64,000 nucleotides of DNA, from assembly GCA_963710945.1 (NCBI GenBank), contig CAVQCH010000002.1, positions 324,843-388,842 of the forward strand, read 5' to 3'. Source of the DNA: an uncultured Acidobacteriota bacterium (GTDB lineage: Bacteria > Acidobacteriota > Thermoanaerobaculia > UBA5066 > Gp7-AA6). Below the pieces are notes generated by a model that was given only the letters and a program-made list of their open reading frames with translations, searched no databases and had not been told where the DNA came from. Shown here piece by piece: positions 57,395 to 64,000 of the stretch (the stretch's first letter is position 1; each line of letters starts with the position of its first letter). Both the position numbers and the translations under genes were made by a program.

Positions 57395-58782
57395 CTACTT
57401 CCGCGCCGCGGTGCGCGTCTCCTTCTGAGTCACGATACGAGCGCCTCGACGCTCTCGCGGAACACCGCGCGTGTGCCGGTCGATGTCGGCCTCGGTGGTG
57501 TCGGGGCAGATGAGCGCCATGTTGTGGAAGGGCGTCATCAGGATGCCGCGGTTGAGCGCGGCGAGGTGCATGTAGCGGTCGAGGTCGGGATCGACCGCGG
57601 CGGCCGCCTCGGCGCCGTTGTTCGGCGGCGTCGCGCGGAACCAGTACTCGGCCCGGCAGCCGAGCTGCGTGACGTGCCAGGGGAGCCGGTGCTCGGCGAT
57701 CACGCCCTCGACTCCCTCGGCGAAGCGGCGTGCCAGCGGGATCGTGCGCGCGTACGCCTCCTCGGTCAGGACGTGCTCGAGCGTCGCGCGCATCGCGGCG
57801 AGCGAGAGGGCGTTGCCGGCGAGCGTGCCGCCGATGCCGCCCGTGTCCGCCGTCCTCGATCGTCGTCGCGGCGCGGATGCGATCGGCCACCTCCGCCGAC
57901 AGCCCGTAGACGGCCGCGGGGACGCCGCCGGCGATCGGCTTTCCGATCGTGAGGATGTCGGGCGACAGGCCGTGCGCGCGCGTGTAGCCGCCCGGGCCGG
58001 CGCGAGATCGTGTGCGTCTCGTCGATGATGAGAAGCGTCCCCGTGCGCCGCGTGATCTCGCGCAGGGCCTCGTGGAAGCCGGGCTGCGGGATGCACGATC
58101 CCGATGTTCGTCATGACCGGCTCGGCCAGCACGCAGGCGACGTCGCCGTGGGCCAGCGCCTCCTCGAGCGCCGGCGACGTCGTTGAACTCGACGACCCGG
58201 GTCGTCTCGGCGGGATCGACCGGCGGTCCGAGATTGCCGCTGCGCGGACCGGCGGCGCCGTTCCTCAGGGTGATGAACGTCTCGTCCACGGTGCCGTGGT
58301 AGCACCAGTTGAAGACCAGGATCTTCGGCCGCCGTGACGTGGCGCGCGAGGCGGATGGCGAAGCGGTTGGCGTCGGTCGCCGTCAGCGTGGTCTGCCAGT
58401 AGGGCAGGCCGAAGCGCCGCGCGAGCTCTTCGCCGACCCAGATGGCATCCTCGGTCGGCAGCATGAAGGTGATGCCGCGCCGCGCCTGCGCCGCGATCGC
58501 CGCGACCGAGGCCGCGGGCGCGTGGCCCGTCATGGCGCCGGTGTCGCCGAGGCAGAGGTCGAGATAGCGGTGGCCGTCCACGTCGGTGAAGTGGGCGCCG
58601 GACGCTTCCTGGACGAAGATCGGGAAGCTGCCGGCCCAGCGCACCATCCAGTTCATGGGCACGCCGCCGAGCAGGCTCTGCTGCGCGCGCTCGAAGAGGG
58701 CCCGCGAGCGGGGATGCGCGGTGGTGAACCGCTCCTGTTCTTTCGTGAGGAGGCCGGAGAGCCGGTCTCGATCTATAGTCAT
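57395..58782 (-). pseudogene. class-III (PLP-dependent, GSA-aminomutase-like) aminotransferase broken by five or more frameshifts
   Basis: Fragments ...GAHFTDVDGHRYLDLCLGDTGAMTGHAP..., ...DETFITLRNG..., ...LAEPVMTNIGIV..., ...HGLSPDILTIGKPIAGGVPAAVYG... (PLP-lysine region) and a C-terminal third lie in at least four frames. Confidence 0.65.
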
Positions 58783-58875
58783 CGCGCGGCCGGAATCTTA
58801 TGCCGGGCGCCAAACTTCGGCCCGCGGCGGCCGTATGAATTGCGAAAGCGAGATTCCTTTTTGGAGGAGAGCCAT

Positions 58876-60900
58876 ATGCGTCCCGTCAAATCTCTGCTTT
58901 GCCTGCTCCTTGCCTCCGTGCCTGCCCTCGCCCAGGAGAGCGCCCAGAAGGGGATCGAGCTCTCCGACATGGACCGCAACGTCGAGGCGTGCTCGGACTT
59001 CTTCGAGTTCGCCAACGGGGCCTGGCGGCAGATGAATCCCATCCCGGCCTCGATGGTGCGATGGAGCCGCCGCTGGCAGGCCGGCGAGGAAGCCAAGGAC
59101 CGGCTCAAGGGGATCCTCGACGAGGCTGCCGCCGTCAAGAATCCGCTGAAGGGGAGCATCGACCAGCTGATCGGCGATTTCTACGGCTCCTGCATGAACG
59201 CCGACGAGTTGAACCGGCTCGGCGTCAAACCGCTCGACCCGCTGCTCGCGCAGATCGCCGCCATGAAGAGCACGGCCGACGTCGCTCGCATGATCACCCG
59301 GTTCCAGCAGATCGCCATTCCCGTTCCGTTCGGCATCGGGGCCGGCTCGGACAATCACAACCCGACGGACGTGCTTGCCCAGATCTACGCGAGCGGGCTC
59401 GGCCTGCCGGATCGGGACTACTACTTAAAGTCGGAGCCGCGCTTCCAGGAGGCGCGCGAGAAGTACGTCGCGCACATCGCGAAGGTGTTCCGGCTCGCGG
59501 GGTCGGCCGAGGCGGAAGCGAAGGCGGCCGCCTCGACCGTGATGCGGATGGAGACGCAGCTGGCCGAGGCGTCGCTCGACAACGTCGCCCTGCGCGACCC
59601 GAAGGCCACCGACCATAAGACGTCCATGGCCGACCTCCAGAAGATGACGCCCCGCTTCGACTGGACGGCATCGTTCCAGGCGCTCGCCATCAAGCCCGGC
59701 GACGTGAACGTGGCCGAGCCCCGCTTCCTCTCGGCGGTCAACATTCAGCTCGGATCGATCCCGCTCGCCGACTGGAAGACGTACCTCAAGTGGCACCTGC
59801 TCGACTCGGCCGCCCCGTCGCTCTCGGACGCCTTCGTCGAGGAGGACTTCGCCTTCAACGGCGCGTACCTGAACGGCGCGAAGGAGCTCAAGCCGCGCTG
59901 GAAGCGCTGCGCGGAGTCGACCGACAACCTCCTCGGCGAGGCGCTCGGCAGGAAATACGTCGAGAAGTACTTCCCGCCGGAGGCCAAGGCGCGGATGCAG
60001 GAGCTCGTCAAGAACCTGCTGCTCGCGATGGGCCAGACGATCGAGGGCCTCGACTGGATGAGCGCCGAGACCAAGAAGCGCGCTCTCGAAAAACTTTCGA
60101 CCTTCAACCCGAAGATCGGCTACCCGGACAAGTGGAAGGACTACACGAAGGTTCCCGTCACGCCGCGCGTCGTACTGGGACGACGTCCTGTCGGGCCGCA
60201 GGTTCAACGTCGAGGACAGCCTCGCGACGATCGGCAAGCCCGTCGACCGCGGACGCTGGGGCATGACGCCGCCGACCTCGAACGCCTACTACAACCCGCT
60301 CCTGAACGAGATCGTGTTCCCGGCCGGCATTCTCCAGCCGCCGGCCTTCAGCATGTCGGCCAACGACGCCGTCAACTACGGAGCGATCGGCGTCGTCATC
60401 GGCCACGAGATCAGCCACGGGTTCGACGACTCGGGTGCCCAGTACGACGCGCAGGGCCGCCTCCAGAACTGGTGGAGCGACGAGGACCTGAAGAAGTTCC
60501 AGGAGAAGACGGCCTGCGTCGTCAACCAGTTCGACCACTACGAGGTCGAGCCCGGCGTGCCGCAGCGCGGCAAGCTGGTGGTGGGGGAGTCGATCGGCGA
60601 CCTCGCCGGCGCCCGGATCGCGTATCGCGCGTTCCAGATCTCGCAGCAGGGAAAGCCCCCGCTCCCGACGATCGACGGCTTCACGCCCGACCAGCAGTTC
60701 TTCATCGCCTGGGGCCAGTTCCGCGGCGACGCCATCCGTCCGGAGGCCGCGCGCACGATGGCCCAGGGGGATCCCCATCCGATCGGAAAGTTCCGCGTGA
60801 TCGGTCCGCTCTCGAACCTGCCCGAGTTCCAGAAGGCCTTCGGCTGCAAGCCCGGCGCCCCGATGGTGCGGGCGGAGGCCGAGCGCTGCGACGTCTGGTA
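58876..60900 (+). CDS. M13-family zinc metallopeptidase (PepO/neprilysin-like), secreted (two frameshifts near 60170 and 60255)
   Basis: Signal peptide MRPVKSLLCLLLASVPALAQ; Peptidase_M13_N region; HExxH in VIGHEISHGFDD and ...GESIGDLAG... in the C-terminal ORF. Confidence 0.75.
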
Positions 60901-61140
60901 AACACGTCGCCTACGCTTGCGAGGGATCTGCGCCCTTCGGGCGCACCGGTCCGCGGCTCGCCCGGGATGCCGGCTCGACCGCGGACCTGATCCCTTGCTG
61001 CGCTGCGGCTCCCGCGGCGTGAGCCTCCACCCTCGCTTCGCTCGGGTGACTTCTCACGCCGCGAGCTGTTGCCCGAGTGCCGCTGATACGGGCTCCCTCT
61101 CCCGTCGGGAGAGGGAAGGGGTGAGGGGTGCAATCGACTC

Positions 61141-61169
61141 TTGACAAATCAATTTTTGTTGATATGTTT
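61141..61169 (+). promoter_or_regulatory. sigma70-like promoter with embedded palindromic operator upstream of arsR
   Basis: TTGACA (61141-61146), 16-nt spacer, TATGTT; inverted repeat ATCAA-N6-TTGAT (61148-61163) inside the spacer; unusually AT-rich for this genome. Confidence 0.5.
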
Positions 61170-61193
61170 GGGCGCGTGGTGGCCAATCGACGC

Positions 61194-61499
61194 ATGCCGA
61201 GGGCCGAACTCGGGCTGAAGGCCGATGCGGCGAAGATCGCGCGCATCTGCCACGCCCTTTCCGACGAGACGCGGCTCGCCGTCCTCGAGCGGCTCCGGGC
61301 CGGCGAGGAATGCGTCTGCAACCTCACGGACCTGCTTTCGACGGGGCAATCCCGGCTCTCCTTCCACATGAAGGTCCTGAAGGACGCCGGCCTCGTGCGC
61401 GACCGCCGCGACGGCCGCTGGATCCACTATTCCCTGAACCCCGAAGCACTCGACATCGTCCGGCAGTACGCCACGTTTCTGACCAGGAGGACGCCATGA
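61194..61499 (+). CDS. arsR: ArsR/SmtB-family metalloregulator
   Basis: wHTH ...ICHALSDETRLAVLERLRAGEECVCNLTDLL... with the ECVC metal-binding motif; start placed at the first ATG downstream of the promoter. Confidence 0.75.
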   Translation: MPRAELGLKADAAKIARICHALSDETRLAVLERLRAGEECVCNLTDLLSTGQSRLSFHMKVLKDAGLVRDRRDGRWIHYSLNPEALDIVRQYATFLTRRTP

Positions 61500-62320
61500 C
61501 CGACCAGAGCATCACCGACATCGTCCGCGAGAAGTACGGCAACGCCGCGCGCCAGGTGACGACAGGGAAGACTTCGTGCTGCGGCACGGCGCCCTCGGCC
61601 TCCGGCCTCTCGTGCGACCCGATCACGTCGAATCTCTACGGCATCTCGGAGCAGGCCGAGGTGCCGGAGCAGGCGTTTCTCGCCTCGCTCGGCTGCGGCA
61701 ATCCGACTGCGCTCGCAAAGCTCGAGCCGGGCGAGACCGTCCTCGATCTCGGGTCGGGCGGCGGCATCGACGTTCTACTCTCGGCGAAGCGCGTGGGGCC
61801 GGCGGGCAAGGCCTATGGCCTCGACATGACGGACGAGATGCTCGAGCTCGCGCGCAGGAATCAGCGCGAGTCGGGCCTCGAGAACGTCGAGTTCCTGAAG
61901 GGACAGATCGAGGCGATTCCGCTTCCGGACGATACGGTGGACGTCATCCTGTCGAACTGCGTCATCAACCTCTCCGCCGACAAGGACCGCGTGCTGCGCG
62001 AGGCTTTCCGGGTGCTGAAGCCGGGTGGCCGCTTCGCCGTTTCCGACGTCGTGGTCGCGGGGGAAGTGCCCGAGGCGATCCGTCGGAGCGTGCTCCTGTG
62101 GGTCGGCTGCGTGGCGGGAGCCCTCTCCGAGGAGGAGTACCGCGCCAAGCTCGAAGCCGCCGGCTTCCGGGACGTCATCGTCGAGCCCACGCGCATCTAC
62201 TCGGTCGCCGACGCGCGGGACTTCCTGCTCTCGGCCGGGATCGACGCGGACGCGATCGCGCCCGAGGTGGACGGAAAGATCCGCAGCGCGTTCATCCGGG
62301 CCGTCAAGCCCGGCGCCTGA
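61496..62320 (+). CDS. arsM: arsenite S-adenosylmethionine methyltransferase
   Basis: Conserved Cys pairs (…KTSCCGT…, …LGCGNP…), SAM motif VLDLGSGGGIDV; ATGA overlap with arsR. Confidence 0.8.
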   Translation: MTDQSITDIVREKYGNAARQVTTGKTSCCGTAPSASGLSCDPITSNLYGISEQAEVPEQAFLASLGCGNPTALAKLEPGETVLDLGSGGGIDVLLSAKRVGPAGKAYGLDMTDEMLELARRNQRESGLENVEFLKGQIEAIPLPDDTVDVILSNCVINLSADKDRVLREAFRVLKPGGRFAVSDVVVAGEVPEAIRRSVLLWVGCVAGALSEEEYRAKLEAAGFRDVIVEPTRIYSVADARDFLLSAGIDADAIAPEVDGKIRSAFIRAVKPGA

Positions 62321-62341
62321 CGCGCCGCGGGCCCGCCCCGT

Positions 62342-62369
62342 TTGACTGCCGGGCCCTTTCCGGTATGAT
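62342..62369 (+). promoter_or_regulatory. sigma70-like promoter for tRNA-Asp
   Basis: TTGACT-N16-TATGAT ending 17 nt before the tRNA 5' end. Confidence 0.55.
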
Positions 62370-62385
62370 GCGCCGTTCCTTTCGC

Positions 62386-62462
<77 letters not shown>

Positions 62463-62478
62463 TAAGAATCAAGGGGAT

Positions 62479-62490
62479 AGATCATCGGCC
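62479..62490 (+). repeat. 12-bp direct repeat AGATCATCGGCC (left copy, 17 nt after tRNA-Asp)
   Basis: Identical 12-mer at 63571-63582; expected chance occurrence in 64 kb is below 0.01. Confidence 0.5.
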
Positions 62491-62541
62491 CACCTTTTCG
62501 CGCGACCTCGCGCCCGGAATTGCAACGAGTTAGGAAACGGG

Positions 62542-63324
62542 TTAGGCCCCAGTCTTCGCGATCTTCTCGGCGAGCCGCCTCTTCGCGGCATTGATCTGCG
62601 CTCGCTCTCGATCCTCATGCGCGTAGACGTGCGCCATGCGCTCTGAGATCCCGAGCACGGCTGCCACGGCGCCGAAATCGTGCCCGCCGGTCGCTTCGAG
62701 CTCCTCCGTCGCGAACGTATGGCGCAGATCGTGGAATTTATGATGCGGGAAGACCTTACCTTCCTTTTTCGCCGCCCTTTTCGCGGCCTTCACGGCCGAG
62801 CGCCAGAGCGATTCGAGACGATCCCTGCGGTTCGAGCCGAGTTCCGCGAAGACGGGGCCGATCCCGCGAGGGCCGAGCACGTCGAGACAGTCGAGCCCGA
62901 CGAAACGGTCGCCGCTTCCCTTCTGGGTCGCCGTCCGAAATCCTTTCCCCGGCGCGTACATCGACCAATCCAGGGAAGCGACCTCGTTCATTCGGAGCCC
63001 GGTCGATCGCGCGAAGAGCACGGCCCGGCGAGCGTCCGAGTGTAGCTTCGCGAGGATCGCCTCGAAGACTTCGGCGGGGATCTTCTTTCCGTTCGAGTCG
63101 GACGGTTTCCACGGGGGCATGAGGCGCCGCCGCGTCACCGGATCCCCGGCGACCTTCTCGAAGACGTGCGCCCGGATGAGATCGTGCGCCTTCGCGAGCC
63201 CGAGCGCCCTCCGAAGGAAGGCGAGGTCTTTCGCGACCGTCTTCTTTCCCTCGCGCTCGGCGACGAAACGATCGAGGTGCGCGACAGGTCGAGGCCGAGG
63301 CCGGTCGCCGGCCGTAGCGCACAT
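62542..63324 (-). mobile_element. tyrosine-type site-specific recombinase/integrase, apparently N-terminally truncated or decayed
   Basis: Catalytic-domain motifs ...ARSTGLRMNEV..., HDLRHTFAT, ...MAHVYAHED... (R-H-R-Y); only about 70 aa of core-binding region before it; adjacent to tRNA-Asp. Confidence 0.75.
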
Positions 63325-63570
63325 CGAGGCGCCTGTCGATCGAGTTTCGCTCGATCGACCTGCGCCCCATGAGGAGCGGTCGAGGCCGAATCCTTCTCGA
63401 TCCGTTTGGGGCGCTGTTCGAGTCGATCGCCTTCTCTCTGATCCTTCTCGATCGAGTAGCTTTTCGATCTGTTCTCTTCCGACGTCAGAGCCGGCCCGGT
63501 CGGGCCCGAGCTGTTTTCTAACTCGTTGCCGTTCCTCGTAGGTGCTCGAAATCGCCTGTAAAATGGCCTC

Positions 63571-63582
63571 AGATCATCGGCC
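63571..63582 (+). repeat. 12-bp direct repeat AGATCATCGGCC (right copy)
   Basis: See left copy; together they bracket 1.1 kb containing only the integrase. Confidence 0.5.
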
Positions 63583-63828
63583 TAAAGAGCCGATGCTCTG
63601 CTCTTCGGGCCCTTCGAGGGCCGCGGGCGGCATCCTTTTTTTCGGGGCCTTTCGATTCGATCGAGCCGTCGAAAATCGGGGGCCCTTTTCCTTCGATCGA
63701 GGCCCACGCCTTTGCGAGCCGAGTGGGCCCCTTTTCGTTGACTCATTGTGAACTTCCTGTAGGTTCGAGTCCTACACGGCTCACCACTCATCACCAAACA
63801 GAATAAAATCCTCGCTACGGTCACCGCG

Positions 63829-64000
63829 TGACTCTCGCAGCCGGGACACGCCTCGGTCCCTACGAGATCCTGTCGCCGCTGGGCGCTGGGGGTATGGGAA
63901 AGGTGTACCGGGCGCGGGACACACGGCTCGCGCGCGAGGTGGCGATCAAGGTCCTCCCCGAGGAGTTGACGCCTGACTCCGAGCGGCTCAAGCGCTTCGA
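63829..64000 (+). CDS. Ser/Thr protein kinase, N-terminal fragment (continues beyond the window)
   Basis: GTG start; [46 protein letters not shown] (glycine loop + VAIK). Confidence 0.8.

Noticed and set aside
62479-63582. A complete prophage or large genomic island at tRNA-Asp
   Set aside because: Only 1.1 kb separates the putative att repeats and it contains only the integrase. The next gene (63829) is a typical chromosomal Ser/Thr kinase.

Overview
High-GC (about 70%) bacterial chromosomal segment. Gene content suggests Acidobacteria: an orphan FtsX-type 'ADOP' permease, Ser/Thr kinases beginning ...[25 protein letters not shown] and CarbopepD_reg domains. This is inference. A conserved tilS-hpt-ftsH block anchors the left side. 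The main accessory content: (i) a type III polyketide synthase locus arranged PKS, methyltransferase, FAD oxidoreductase like Streptomyces srsABC, with an adjacent acyl-CoA synthetase and a divergent ACP/KAS-II/fatty-acid hydroxylase, a candidate phenolic-lipid (alkylresorcinol/alkylquinone-type) pathway; (ii) a secreted Gly/Tyr/His-rich repeat protein with Trp-Gly repeats and a C-terminal PEGA domain, encoded on 24-bp DNA tandem repeats; (iii) a 2-kaa Ser/Thr kinase carrying four tandem sensor modules; (iv) an OmpR-type two-component system next to an FkbM methyltransferase, a YVTN beta-propeller protein and a TolC/adaptor/RND efflux operon; (v) arsR-arsM followed by tRNA-Asp and an integrase remnant bracketed by 12-bp direct repeats. 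Three tRNAs are present (Met-CAT, Val-TAC, Asp-GTC). Many otherwise well-conserved genes need single-base frameshifts, mostly +1 insertions in G/C runs, and these are strongly clustered: six in the ClC channel, five or more in an aminotransferase, four or more in an AstE/AspA-like gene, three in the ADOP permease. Long neighbouring genes (6-kb kinase, 3-kb RND, ftsH) are intact. This is either real pseudogenisation or localised assembly error and should be resolved before the region is interpreted. Most long ORFs in the six-frame track are antisense or out-of-frame artefacts of the high GC content.
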